From assembly GCF_009914755.1 (NCBI RefSeq), contig NC_060942.1: a stretch of 64,000 bases of DNA, one strand, 5' to 3'. Position numbers and translations under genes: made by a program. Under the pieces are notes generated by a model. That model was not told the DNA's origin and searched no databases. It worked only from the letters and a program-made list of their open reading frames with translations. This DNA comes from the human T2T-CHM13v2.0 reference genome, Homo sapiens. Within the stretch, counting starts at the first letter, position 1. The number at the start of each line of letters is the position of its first letter. Positions 21,327-35,662 of this stretch are shown here, one piece after another.

Positions 21327-21380
21327 GAAGGGCCTATATGCATTTCTCTTACTTTATTTTACCAATGAACGTCCTTTTAA

Positions 21381-21617
<237 letters not shown>

Positions 21618-22078
21618 TGAAGCAATCCTCCTACCTTGGCCTCCCAAAGAGTTGGGATTACAGGCATGAGCCACCATGCCCAGCTGACATCCTTGTTTTA
21701 TATCTGAGTTTAGATGAAAAGCATGTGTTTGTCACCAATAAGTATGATGTTAGCTATATGTTTTTTCTTAATCATATATGGTTAACTCTTTTTTTAAGAG
21801 ACAGGCTCTGTTGCCCAGGCTAGAGTGCAGTGGTGTGATCATAATTCACTACAGCCTTGAACTTCTGGGCTCAAGCAATCTTCCAACAAAAGCCTACCTA
21901 GTAGCAGGTGCACACCACAATGTCTGGCTTATTTTTAAATTTCTTTGTAGAGAGGGAATCTCACTATGTTGGCCAGGCTTGACTTGAACTCCTGGCCTCA
22001 AGTAATCCTCCCACTTTGGCCTCCCAAAGTGCTGGGACTGCAGATGTGAGCCACCACACTCAGGCTGTAACTGGTTAA

Positions 22079-23059
22079 TTTTTTTTCTTTTTTTAAAATT
22101 AAGTTCCGGGGTACATGTGCAGGATGTGCAGGTTTGTTACATAGGTAAACATGCGTCATAGTGGTTTGCTGCACCTATCAACCCATTACCTAGGTATTAA
22201 GCCCAGTATGTATCAGCTCTTTTCTCTAATGATCTCCCACCCCTGCCCTCCCCAAGAAGTCCCCAGTAAATGTTGTTCCCCTCCCTGTGTCCGTGTATTT
22301 TCATTTTTCAGCTCTCACTTATAAGTGAGAACATGTGGTGTTTGGTTTTCTGTTCCTGCATTAGTTTGCTGAGGATAACGGCTTCCAGATTCATCCACGT
22401 GCCTGCAAAAGACATGATCTCATTCCTTTTTATGGCTGCATAGTATTCTATGGTGTATATGTATCATATTTTCTTTATCCAGCCTATCATTGATGGGCAT
22501 TTGGGTTGACTCCATGTCTTTGTTATTGTGAGTAGTGCTTCAATGAACATACGTGTGCATGTACCTTTAAAATAGAATGATTTCCATTCCTCTGGGTATA
22601 TACCCAGTAATGGAATTGCTGGATCAAATGGTATTTCTGGTTCTAAATCTTTGAGGAATCACTACACTGTCTTCCACAATGGTTGAACTAATTTACGTTC
22701 CCACCAACAGTGTAAAAGCGTTCCTATTTCTCTGGAACCTCGCCACAAGGGAATCTCCTGATCCATGGATTGGAAAAAATTGTGGGAAAAGCATAGTACC
22801 CCTGGTTGGTGGCACAGTCCCTCACCACTTCCCTTGGCTGGGGGAGGGAGGTTTCCCTGGTCTGTGCACTTTCTGGGTGAAGTGACACCCCACCCTGCTT
22901 CTGCTCTCTTTCCATGGGTTGCGCCCACCACCCAGCCAGTCCCAGTGAGATGAACTGGGTACCTCAGTTGGAAATGCAGAAATCACCCACCTTCTCTGTT
23001 GGTCCAGCTTGGAGCTGCAGATGGGAGCTGCTTCTATCTGGCCATCTTGGTCCCTCCCT
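22079..23059 (-). mobile_element. Internally deleted L1PA-type element: ~310 bp of 5'UTR fused to ORF2 C-terminus + 3'UTR + poly(A)
   Basis: Reverse complement begins gggagggaccaagatggcc (L1 5' end), switches at ~22745 to gcgaggttccagagaaataggaacgc (GTLLHCWW..KLVQPLWK) and runs to poly(A). GTTAATTTTT on both flanks. Confidence 0.85.
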
Positions 23060-23149
23060 ACCGTTAATTTTTATCAAACATTTTTTTCTGTACTAATTGA
23101 TAAAATCATGAGGTTTTTCTTGGTCTGTAGTTTTCTTGTGCTGTCCTTG

Positions 23150-24056
23150 TGTTGTGGCCTTTGTAGTTCAGCAGGTGGAAGGGAATGGTGCCCAGCAGTT
23201 TTTTTCTCCCCCATTGCTTAGCGAGCAGGAAGGAGGGTTTCAGTGTTATAGGATTCCTTCGGTGCTACTTTGCCACCTGGAAATCTCTTTGGCTGCCATG
23301 AACTCTGTCCAGGACCTCACTTGAGCCTGCTGGGCTCACTCTACAGGCTCGACCCAGCAGGCTCTGCTTGGCTTGCACCCTGGCCTATATCCCACACAGG
23401 CTGTGGGATCCGCACTCAACCTGTGGCTGGACCAGGCATGCTGTGAATGGCTTCCACGTTAGGCACTGGCATCTAGATGAGGGGAACATGGTGGCACCTG
23501 AAAAGTTGGAGACGTCAGTAACCACAGAGCCCCAAAGGGTGTTACAGCTCTTGCCTGGGGAGTCCCAAGTTCTGCCCCCAAGAAATGTTACAGCTCTCTC
23601 TCATTCCTGCTGCCCACAGCTTGACGAATGGGGTCTTGTTACAGCTTGTTCAGTCCTGCTGCTCGCAGCTTGGCAAGTTCCGGGTTCTTGTCCCGTGACC
23701 AAGAGGAATAAGGTACACGGATACCAGAGAGTGAGTAGGGCAGAGAAGAATTTTACTGAGCAAGAGAAAGAAAGCTCTCAGCAGAGAGGGGGCCCAAGAG
23801 CAGGTAGTGAGGCTAAGTGGGGTTTTTATGGGCTCAGAATGGGGGAGTACATGCTGATTGGTCCATAGGTGGGCTGGAAAAAGCACCATTTGATCGGCTA
23901 AAATGTATCAAGAAAGTTCTCACTCCAGTCACGGACTCTATCCATAGCTGGCAGCTCGGTTTTCAGGCTTCAGGCTGTCTTTGGCTTGAAGGTTGGGTTT
24001 CACCAGGGACCTGTCCCTGTCTGCCTAGGAATTTGTCTGTCTCCTTTTTGCTATCA
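23150..24056 (-). mobile_element. ERV1 solo LTR of the LTR1/LTR27/LTR28/MER52-related group
   Basis: TG...CA ends with 4-bp TSD CTTG (23146-23149, 24057-24060). Reverse complement starts tgatagc..cctaggcagacagggacaggtccctggtgaaacccaaccttcaagcc. Confidence 0.75.
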
Positions 24057-25972
24057 CTTGTCTGATTTTGATATCAGGGTAATGTCCTCATAAAATGGGT
24101 TAAGAAGTGTTTCCTTCTCTTCCATTTTCCAAAAGAGGTCATGTACTATTGCTATCATTTTTCTTTACATATTTGGTAGAATTCGCCAGTGAAACCATCT
24201 CAGCCTGGAATTTCTTCTTCAGAAGGTTTTAACTGTAAGTTCAACTTTTTATTTTTTTTTCGACAGTCTTGCTCTGTCACTCAGGCTGGAGTGCAGTGGC
24301 ATGATCTTAGCTAACTGCAACCTCCGCCCCCCAGGTTCAAGTGATTGTCGTGCCTCAGCCCCCCAAGTTGAGTAGCTGGGACTACAGGTGTGCACCATCA
24401 TGTCTAGCTAATTTTTATATTTTTAGTAGAGATGGGGTTTTGCCATGTTGGCCAGGCTGGTCTTGAACTTCTGGCCTCAAGTGATTCACCTGCCTTGGCC
24501 TCCCAAAGTGTATAAATTCAACTTCTTTAATAGTTACAGTGCTATTTAGGTTGCTTATTTGTCCTGGGTGAGTTTTGGTACTTTGTGGGTTTTGAGGAAT
24601 TGGTCCATTTGATCTAAGTTTCCAAATGTATGCAAGTGTAATTTTTCAGTATTCCTTATCCTATTTTTTTAAAGTCTCATTAAGTTGCCCAGTTTGGTCT
24701 TCAACTCCTGGGCTCAAGAGATTTTCCCACCTCAGCCTCCCAGGTAGCTCTCCTTTTAGGACCCCCTCCTTTTAACTTATTTTCAAGCAGACAAAAATGA
24801 AAATGCAATATATCAAAATTTGTGGGATTGTAGGTAAAGCAGTGTCTAGAGGGAAATTTATAGTATTAGATACTTGTATTAAAAAGATTTCAAATCGATA
24901 TTCTAAGCTTCCACTTTAATAAATTGGAAATTAAAACGAAAGTAAAACCAAAACAAATGGAAGAAAGGAAATAATGAAGATAATTGCAGAAATCAATGCA
25001 ATTGAAAACAGATGAATGAGAAAATGAAACCAAAATCTTATTTGAAAAAAATCACTGAGAATGATAAACCTATAGTCAGAATGACGAGGGAAAAAAGAGA
25101 AAAGACACATTAGCAATAGTATGAATGATATCCCTACAGAAGCTACTGCTGGTAAGAAAATAGGCAAAGACTATGAATAACTCTATGGCTATAAATTTGG
25201 CAACTGAGGTAAAATGGAACAACTTCTTGAAGGACACAAAGTACTAAAACTCATTCAAGATCAAATATGTATCCTGAATGTTCCTATATCTATTAAAGAA
25301 ATTGAATTCATGGATAAAAACTTTTAAATAAAACTCCATGCCCAGATTGTTTCAATGGTGAATTCTACAAAATCTCTTCCAGAACATAGAAGAGGAAAAA
25401 ATACTTCTCTACTCATTTCATGTGATCAGGATTACTCTGATACAAAAAACAGACTTACATAAATGTGGTGATATGGTTTGAATTTGTGTCCCTCCCAAAT
25501 CTCATGTCAAATTGTAACCCCCAGTGTTGGAAGAGGGGCCTGGTGGGACTTCAATAGATATTTCTCCAAAGATATGTAAATGGCCAAAAAGCAAATGAAA
25601 AGATATTCAACATCACTAGAGAAATGCAAGTCAAAACCACAATGAGACACCACATCCATTAGGATGGTTATCATAAAAGAAAAAAGAACCCTAAGAAACA
25701 GAAATAATATAAACATTGCTAGTGGAATGTAAAATGGTACAACTATTGTGGAAAACTGTATGATGATACCTCAAAAAATTAAACATGGAATTACTATATG
25801 ATCCAGCAGTTCCTCTTCTGAGTATATACCCAAAGGAATTGAAAGCAGGGACTCAAACACTTATTTGTATACACATGTTTATAGCAGCATTATTCACAAT
25901 AGCCCAAAGGTGGAAGCAACCTGAGTGTCCATCAATGAATGAATAAACACGATGTGTTATACACTTACAATG

Positions 25973-26487
25973 TGTGGTGGTTAATTTTAGGTGTCAACTT
26001 GATTAAAGAATACTCAGAAACCTGGTAATCCATTATTTTGGGGTGTGGCTGTGAGGGTGTTTCCAGAGGAGATCAGCATGTGAGTCTGAGTGGACTAGGT
26101 AGGGAAGATCTACCCTCAATGTGGGCGGGCACCGTGCAATCTGCTGGGGGCCCAGACAGAACAAAAACAGAGACAAGGTGAATATGTTGGTGTATCTGTG
26201 GGATCTGGGGTACACTCTTTCTCTTCTGTCCTTGTGCAACAACTCCAGGCTTCCTGGCCTTTGGGCTTCAGGACTTACACTAGTGGCTTTCTGGGTTCTC
26301 AGGTCTTTGGTCTTGGTCTGAGAGTTACACTCTCGGCATCCCTGGGTCTGAAGCCTTCAGACATGGACTGAACCATGCTCCTGGCATTCCAGGGTCTCCA
26401 GCTTGCAGACGGCCTGTTGTGGGACTTCTCAGCCTCCATACTGTATGAGCCAATTTCCCTAATAATCCCATAATCCTCTCTTATCTG

Positions 26488-26531
<44 letters not shown>

Positions 26532-26582
26532 CCTATCTTTCTATCTCTTATTGGTTCTGTGTCTCTGGAGAACTCTAATACA
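25973..26582. mobile_element. MLT2-family (ERVL) solo LTR
   Basis: tgtggtggttaattttaggtgtcaacttga start and ttggttctgtgtctctggagaactctaataca end are typical of MLT2. Confidence 0.8.
26488..26531. repeat. (TCTA)11 tetranucleotide microsatellite
   Basis: Perfect tandem TCTA run inside the MLT2 LTR. Confidence 0.95.
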
Positions 26583-27818
26583 CATTCCTTTTCAGCCTTA
26601 AAAGGAAATAAAATTCTGACACATGCCATAACATGGATAGACCTTTAAGACATTATGCACAGAGAAATAAGGCAGGCAAAAAAGGAGAAATATGGCATGA
26701 CCCTACTTACTTGACCTATCTGGAATGCTCCAGTATATAGAGGAGAAGAAAGTAAGACAGTGGTTACTAGGGGTTGGGACCACTGTCTTGCTTTCTGTCA
26801 GGGAGGAATGCGGAATTATTATTTAATGGGTACAGAGTTTCAATTTGGGATGATGAAAAAGTTCTGGAGATGGATGGTAATGATTTTACAACAACATGAA
26901 TGTACTTAATGTCACTGACCTGTACACCTAAAAATTGCTAAAATGGTAAATTTTATGTTATGTGCATTTCACTGCAATTTTTAAAAAAGGAAAAAAAATT
27001 GTAGTCATCAGTGACTCAGTGCTTATGATGATAGCTATGGAACTGCAGCAATTTGCTACCTCCTTAATTTTCATAGTATTTTATAGGTAAGCAGACAAGC
27101 TGAGAAAGTCAAGCTCCATCCATGAGTTGTATTATAGTTTATCTTTCTGGTCTACCAGTAGTTCCTCCCTCTCTGCACATTTCCCTCCCCTCTGCTGCTC
27201 ATTCTTAAACCCTTGACTTCACAGGCTGGGAGTATTCAGGAAAAAGGCAAGTTTTTAATAGACTTTCTGAATCGTAAACATTTTTTTCTATTTGTGTATG
27301 CTGAAATGTTTTTCTTTAATCCTGAATATTTTATTAAATTTGTGATTTTTCTCTTTAATCTGTTAGCATGGTGTATGATGATAATGGGTTTTCTGATGTT
27401 GAGCCATTCCTTGCATTCCTTGGGATCACCTTACCTAATCATATTATATACTGTTGAGCTTGATTTGCTATTTTATCTAGGATTCTTTTATCTATATTAA
27501 TTTCTGCTTTTCCTATGAGGTTTTGTCCAGCTCTGAAATTTTGCCCACCTTACAACTACAAGTTAGCCTGTTACTGTTTCATGGATGCTGGAAGATGTGA
27601 CACTCCTGGGTCACCGAGAAAGAACTTACGGCTCACAGCAATAAAGAAGTTTACATCAGTTCCCCTTGACCCCTGAATCCCACAAGAGCAAAGTGAAACG
27701 TTCCAGACAGGGGCTGCACATGTAGTGAGTTTAGGTGGCATATAGCAGTTGAAGGACACTGGGCTTGGGGAATCTACCTCCTTTATATTATACAACGCCT
27801 GCCCTTTGCCTCAGAATC

Positions 27819-28121
<303 letters not shown>

Positions 28122-28702
28122 AGAACCTCATTCTTCAAGGTTGCTCACTGATAACTGGCCAAGGCAAAGAGTGGTCAGGGCCTTACATTCTCGACATATC
28201 CGGAAAGTGCAGGTACTCTCAGGGTCCAAGGCAAATTGCCTTTCCTAACGTGGTTTTCATATCAAGGTTACACTAACCTCAATTAACATGAGCTTTCTCT
28301 TTTAAATCCCAGAAACTATTTGGATAAATGAGGGATTTATGTCTTGAAGTTTTGGTCAAACACTGTAAACTGGGCCTATGTTTGGGGTGGAGAAGGGGAG
28401 AATTTTGATGTAATAATTTTTTTTTTCTTGAGTGAACATTTTGTATTTTCCCAGAAAACTAATCTGTATCAAAAAGTTCTCAAATGTATAGGCTGATTTT
28501 TTATAATTGCTTGAATCTACTCTATTTATATCTCCTTTTTCATTGAAGATATTTCTATTTGTGACTTTTTTTGCCAGTCTGACAAGTTATGTTCCCTCCC
28601 AAAAATCAGCCTTTGGTCCACATTCTACAGCTTTTGCATTTTCCTCTCATCTCCATCCTCTGACACAGAGTGATGGGGACTATCTGAATCTTCCATATAC
28701 CC

Positions 28703-29638
28703 GTTAACAGGTTCCAGCTGGAGTGGGAACCATAGTTCCTATTTCATCCTGTTTTTGTGGGCTGGTCCAGCACACCTTCTACCTTCAGAATTTCTGTGAA
28801 AGAAGGGACAAGTCTCTGTGCTCACCACACTCCTAGAGGTGCATTTCCAGTTATTAAAAGAACTTCCTCACCTTGCACTGATCTAGCAGTGGCACTATGG
28901 TAGGTCTGTGAGTTTCTGAAGCAGAGTAATCTATTCAACCAAAGGGGATGCTTAATTTCATCTGTGCAGGCACCCCCAACCAGGTAATTCTGATACCCAT
29001 CCCCTTCGCTTGGTCTGAGAAACAGAAATGTTGGTGACGTGGTCTCTCAGTAAGCCCTAGATGAAGGGGGGATGGTATTGTCCACTTGTTACTGATTGTA
29101 GTGAATGCTTATAATTTTATGTGGCCTTGGCACTCATTGGGAATATAAGTTGGACTTTCCCATACAGAAGCAGAGCTCAGTCACCCTTGACACAGTTTCC
29201 AGTTCTATGTCTCCCAGTTCCTCAATGTGGTCCATCCAGATGGCTGCCTTATACAGCTGCTCACTGTCAACCACTTTGCTATGGCACAGCTAGATGCAGC
29301 TTGCCTGTCTGGCCTCATTGACCCTCACATGGGCTGTGTGGATATGTCACAGTGACCACCTCTCAGTCACAGAGTGGTCTCCTGGAACTTATGCCTGCTT
29401 GCTTTCAACCTAATTGAAACTCCTCAAGGGAAACTTGTTTGAATAATGCCCTGGACCCAATAAAGGCACTGGCCCATATGTCCCTCTCTTTCCCTGCCTG
29501 CATTCTCTGACCTCCATGTGTGTGGCCTCCAGATGTGCCATGTACTTCCCAGGACCTATAAATAATAATACCTGGAGTCTCTCTCAAGCATTGAGTCTCA
29601 TCACAAGCTCTCCATCGTAAAAATCTTGAATTAAAACA
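28703..29638 (+). mobile_element. Probable ERVL-class LTR (MER73/MER74-like)
   Basis: aaactcctcaagggaaacttgtttgaataatgccctggacccaataaagg and terminal tcttgaattaaaaca. The left boundary is uncertain. Confidence 0.5.
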
Positions 29639-30096
29639 CTGACTCTCTTGAGAGTGTAGAATATTAATAATGCTTCTTCTACAGCTTTAGGTCCAGTTGT
29701 TAAAAAAAAAAAAAAAAAAAGAGAGACACCCGAAAACAAACTGTGGACCAATATTTTTTGAAGTGCCCTTTGTGATAAACAATTTAAAAATTGAATAAGG
29801 CCACCCAATACAATATTATAAATGAATTGATTAGTATACTACAATCCAGATGATAATTTAAAAATTCAGATAGCTCAATTTTTTAGGAACAGAAAGTAGA
29901 ATGGTGGTTACCAGGGGCTAAGGGAAAATGGGGAGTTGGCGTTGAGTGGGTATAGAGTTTCAGTGCTGCAGGATGAAGAAGTTCTGGAGATTCATTGCAC
30001 AACATGAATATACTTAAAACTACTGAACTCTACAGTTAAAAATGGTTCCAATGGTAAAAAAAATTTTTTTTTAAAAAGAAAACCAGACATCTGACA

Positions 30097-31158
30097 TCAA
30101 GCTGATATAAGGAATTTATTGTGTAAAAAAGAAACATCTAGAGAATGCCACAGACAGGCCTAGTATGGCTACAGTACCGTATATAAAAGACAATTGCTCA
30201 CAATGATAGCACTGAAGCACTGAGAGATATCAAAGTACTTTCTGAATCGAATCAAATGATACTTAGTGTAGTTTTAATATCCTCATATATATCAAAGTTT
30301 TACTACTCTGATAATTTTGTAAACCAGGTAACCAGAACATCCAGTCATACAGCTTTTGGTGATATATAACTTGGCAATAACCCAGTCTGGTGATACATAA
30401 AACTACTCACTGTACTCATCTGGTATATACCCGCACGAACATTTTGAAATTCCAATTTCTTGGTCAAGTGATATATTGCTTGAATTCATTAAATATATTT
30501 AGATTTCTGTATTATACAAAGTTAAATGTACAACTAAATTAGTATATGAAAAGTGCTCACTACGTTTTTACGGGAAATAATCCTGACAAAAATGTTTAAT
30601 GAATGTACTCTATACTAATTCTGCCTTTTTATACTTAATTCTAAATTTCTCCCCTCTAATTTACAACAAATTTTGTGATTTTTATAAGAATCTATGCCTC
30701 CCCAATTCTCAGATTCTTCTCTTTTCTCCTTTATTTCTTTGCTTAAATTCAGTATAAGCTTTCTTGGTATTTTAGGCTTCATGCACATTCTTATTCCTAA
30801 ACACCAGCAGTTCTTCAGAGACCTAAAATCCAGTATAGGAATAACTGTGTTAGTTCTTGAAAAAGCATTAAAGACATTTTTCCCTGAAACATACAGAACA
30901 TGTCATGCCAAATCTCTTGTTTACATAATAAACTGGTAATACCGGTGAATTGCACATACAGATTTTATCTCCAAGATAGAATAACTTAAATATTAAAACG
31001 TACCTTTAACTGACTTTGTAACAGACAGCAATATTCAATACAAAAATCACAAAACCCACTAACTTTAAACGCTGCATAGTACAGCATACAAACTCATCTC
31101 CCTATGACCTACTGAAACTATGACAACTTTTTAAGCTACTCTAGCATTTAAACCTTAA
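30097..31158 (-). other. SLC39A6: SLC39A6 3'UTR
   Basis: Unique AT-rich sequence between the TAG stop and the AATAAA. Confidence 0.8.
30115..30120 (-). terminator. SLC39A6: SLC39A6 distal polyadenylation signal AATAAA; 3' end expected ~30095-30100
   Basis: tttatt on + strand at the end of a ~1-kb AT-rich non-repetitive 3'UTR, followed on the - strand by GU/U-rich sequence (gatgtctggttttcttttt). Confidence 0.8.
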
Positions 31159-31311
31159 CTAGAAATTTATACGAAACACGATTTTATGTTCAAATATGGA
31201 AATAAGTAACATAATTCCAAAACCCAAAAGCATCCCAGCATTCTGTAAAAAGAAATACCCCCAGCGGCTACATCCATGGTCACTAGCATCATTGTGCAGC
31301 ATTTCAGGTAC
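31159..31311 (-). CDS. SLC39A6: SLC39A6 exon 10 coding part (VPEMLHND...HKIVFRINF*)
   Basis: ttttaaag|GTACCT acceptor; 153 nt ending in TAG; last transmembrane segment of ZIP6. Confidence 0.97.
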   Translation of the reverse strand, partial: VPEMLHNDASDHGCSRWGYFFLQNAGMLLGFGIMLLISIFEHKIVFRINF

Positions 31312-32081
31312 CTTTAAAAAAAAGTAAGGGAAAATAAGAGTGACATTTAAGTTTTTAGAACTACAGATTAGTTTTTAGAAAAATTTATAGGACAGTATAC
31401 TAGCTTTATTTGTAGCTAGATATACTGTGAGTTAATTCCTTAAAACATGATTACATACATACTGACTCTAGCTAACAATGTCACACAGCATTTCCTAGCA
31501 GTTTAACAATGATTACTCATGATGTTCTGGGCAAGAAAAAGTTTGTATTGGTTCCAGTTTCCACTGGAAAATGAAAAGCGATATTGATTTTCCTACTTCA
31601 GTTACTGGCTGCATATCTGAACTGGATATAACATGTAGTTTGTCTTTAGTTCAGAGATAGAAAACCTTATACTATATAAGATACATATTGTCTTTGATTG
31701 CTTACAAAGTAAAAAATAAAAATAAAATAATAAAATACAATTTTAGCGGTAAGATTGGTTGGGATTGTTTTGAGGACATTAGTGACAAAAAGATATGACT
31801 CCTTTGTTGATTAATAAACTAAGCATTCTGAAGTATACAGCATGCCAACAATATGCATCTTGTCCTAGACTTCCTACAAATCTATAGAAAATTCACTGCC
31901 TGATTACTGAGATCATACCCTAAAATGATACATCAGAAGGATGTAGATATTTTTGTGAATCTGGACACATATTAAGCAAGATAAAGGTGTGATCAACAAT
32001 CCAAAAAAAAAAAAAAACTCTAAAGAACCTATATTCTTATATGCCACAAATTTCTGAATATAGAATCACTTCTCATAATGA

Positions 32082-32279
<198 letters not shown>

Positions 32280-32624
32280 TAGTTTTTAGTTGAGACAGGG
32301 TTTCACCATGTTGGCCAGCCTGGTCTCGAACTCCTGACCTCACGTGATCTGCCTGGTTTGGTCTCCCAAAATGTTGGACTAACAGGCATGAGCCACCGTG
32401 CCCAGCCAAAAAAAAAGATATTTTATTGAGCCTATAGTCCTAGCTACTCAGGAGGCTGAGATGGAAGGATCATTTGGGCTCAGGAATTTGAGACCAGCCT
32501 GGACGACATAGCAAGATTCCACTTCCTGCTCCCCCAAAAAGAGAGAAAAAAAATGAGGCTTTACCGAATATTTTCTCTATTTTATTGTTGGTCAATAATG
32601 TAATAAGACTTCTTAAAAACTTAC

Positions 32625-32815
32625 CATATCAACCAGAGCAACATACATGAATAAGCCAGCAGTAAGTGCAAATATCCACATAGAAACATTTTCAGCATAA
32701 TGACCAATGAAAATTCCTGTTGCCATTCCAAGATACGCCAGCATGGCTGACAATGCATTATAAAGGACAGCCTGCTTAACGGTCATGCCAGCCTTTAGTA
32801 GAACAGCAAAGTCAC
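32625..32815 (-). CDS. SLC39A6: SLC39A6 exon 9 (GDFAVLLKAGM...YVALVDM)
   Basis: taaag|GTGAC ... GATATG|gtaag; 191 nt, phase 1 to 0. Confidence 0.97.
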
Positions 32816-34066
32816 CTTTAACAGAAAACAAAAAAGGAGGAAAAAGTCATTGAGAAATCATTTTTAAGACACATACCAAGATACTTCCCAGATTTAAGAA
32901 AATTTTCCAGTGTTTGTGAGAGGGGGAAAAGAAAACAAAATTAAGAATGACCTAGGGTTAAAGCAGTGTTAGTAAATCACCCTAACAGCTGTAGAAACTA
33001 TTGTTTTTCCTTTTTATTCTTCATCATTCAACTTGATGTACAAACTTTTTTTTTTTTTTTTTTTTTTGAGACAGTATCTTGCTCTGTCACCCAGGCTGGA
33101 GTGCAGTGGCACCGATCTTGGCTCATTGCAACCTCTGCTTCCTGGGTTCAAGCCATTCCTGTGCCTCAGCCTCCTGGGTAGCTAGGACTACAAGTGCATG
33201 CCACCACACCTGGATAATTTTTTTACTTTTAGCAGAGACGGGGTTTCACCATGTTGACCAGGGTGGTTTTGAACTTCTGACCTCAGGTGATCCCCTTGCC
33301 CCGGCCTCCCGAAGTGCTGGGATTAAAGGCGTGAGCCACTGCACCTGGCCAGATACCTTAACCAAAAAAATTTTTTAAGGCTTACACTTTGTCAAAATGA
33401 TAAACACTAAAAATTTAATATTGTGGTCTTGCAGTGTTTTCAAGGAGCTTGGAATTTGGCCACAAAGAAGGGAGGAATGGGTGGAGAACACACATGAGAT
33501 GATCAGCAAATGATAATGGTAATGCATAAAAAACAGCTGAAGAGTTCAATGCTACAATTATAAAAGGAGAAAAGAGACACATGAAGATGGAAATAAGAGA
33601 GGGGCTTCATGGGACTTGAATGTGGAACATAGATGCTGAAGATGATAAGGAATGGCTGAACATATAACAAGGAACAAAAGTGAAAATGGCATCAGCGGTA
33701 TGTGTGTGAATATATCTCCAAAACAAGAAAAACAAGGACGTGAACTGGGATCCAGAACTTGGGAAGGTTTTAATGCCTAGTGACAAAGAAGAACAATATT
33801 GAAAACACAACTCATCCACTTCCCTTCAATTCCAATGAGATTCTCTTTCTCAACTTTTGTTAATGGAAGATGATTCCTTTGTATCCTGTAGTCTTATTCA
33901 CCTTGTGTGTATGAAGATGATCCCTGATGTCATCAGTATGCTGGTTAGCAGACTTATGAGAAGGCATGAAATTGATGAAGAAGCTTGCTGAACTACCATT
34001 AGCAAAAGCCAGTGACACTAGAACATTTCACCCACTTGGCAAATACAATTTATGTGGTTCTCTTAC

Positions 34067-34147
34067 CTAATTCATGAGGCAACTCATGACAGAACACAGC
34101 AACAGAAGTACTTAAACCACTTGATAAGCCTTCAGTAAAAGCAGCAC
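34067..34147 (-). CDS. SLC39A6: SLC39A6 exon 8 ([27 protein letters not shown])
   Basis: cag|GTGCT ... TTAG|gtaag; 81 nt. Encodes the LIV-1 subfamily HEXPHEXGD motif together with exon 9. Confidence 0.97.
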
Positions 34148-34723
34148 CTGTGTAAAAATCAATCAGAAAAAGTTTGGCTACATTAATTTGTGTTTTTTAA
34201 TCTTATCAGTATGCAAAATGAGGTAACAAGAAAATGGTATTTTGGCTGTGAATGAATAGAAGTTTCCCAAACCAACTCTGTATCTTCTTTGTAAGAAATC
34301 TTAGAGTACATTCCATGAGGTCTAAATTTCCCAAAGGAGCACATCGGGCATGAAAGAGAAGGGAAGGTTTTCTAGGCCTTAGAATGAGCGGATAAAGTTA
34401 TACAAATCTGAGGAGTAACTGCTACCATATAAAAGGCATATTCAAGAATATAAAATAAACTGTTTAAAAGGTTTAGGAAAAAACTCTCCTGTCAAGGGTA
34501 TAAACATGTTTCACTTGCCTCAGAGGAATTTACTATGTAACTAGATGTTTACATTTATTCTTTCACTGTTTCAGTGAGAAAACTCTAAGACAAATAGCCG
34601 TCCCCTTTTAAAAATCTGACATATTATACAATCAATCAATTATAAACCATGACTGTGCATATATATTTTTTTTTTTCAGAGACAGGGTTTCATTCTGTTG
34701 GCCAGGTTGGAGTATAGTGGTGA

Positions 34724-34846
<123 letters not shown>

Positions 34847-35662
34847 TAGAGATAAGGTCTCACTATGCTGTCTAGGCTGGTCTTGAACTCCTGGGCTTAA
34901 GCGATCCTCCTGCCTTGGCCACCCAAAGTGCTGGGAATACAGACATGAGCTACCGCACCCAGCCGACTGTGCAATCGGACATTCCTCCTTTGTCTGTTTC
35001 AGCTCTGCATAATATAGTACAAGAGGAAGAGCACTCGACTCCCAGGGAGCCAAGGCCAGGCCTAGCTATAACACAGCACAGCCTCCTTGGACAAGTGGCG
35101 TCACCTTGACAGGCCTCAGCTGCCTAATTGCATGGTTCCTTCCAGCACTAAATTATTAAAATTTGTAAGTATTCTGTTATCTCCCAATTGTGGTATAACA
35201 ATTTATTAGCAAAAGTTCTATAATTCTTCATAGGATAGAGACTGGTAACTGGACTTAGATGTATGAAGATTCCTTTAGCATAAAAGATGATGGAAAATAT
35301 AATTTTACTTTTATAAATATTATATTATCGATAAGGGAACTTCAATGTATAGGGAGAAAAAAAAATCTCATACATGCACCATACAAATTAAAGACTGATC
35401 TTAAGACCTTGCAATTTAAGAACAGCTTTTGACAGTTACAATTTAGGTAATGGGCTAGGTACAATTCCTAGCATTTAATCATACCTAACATTTATTGAGC
35501 ACTTCATTGTCAAAGTAGTAAAAGAAAAAGTAACATTTTTATAATCTTGGAAGTCACTAATATCCTCATCTAAACTAATCTATTCTTTGTTAAAATTTGA
35601 CTAGGTGTTTAATGTGACATTTTCAGAATCAATCAACAAGGAACAAATATGTAGATATATAC

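Noticed and set aside
33430-34010. Purine-rich, coding-looking stretch in SLC39A6 intron 8 (possible pseudogene)
   Set aside because: The frames I translated close quickly and gave no recognisable peptide, and there is no poly(A) or TSD. Only a TBLASTN/Dfam search could revive it.
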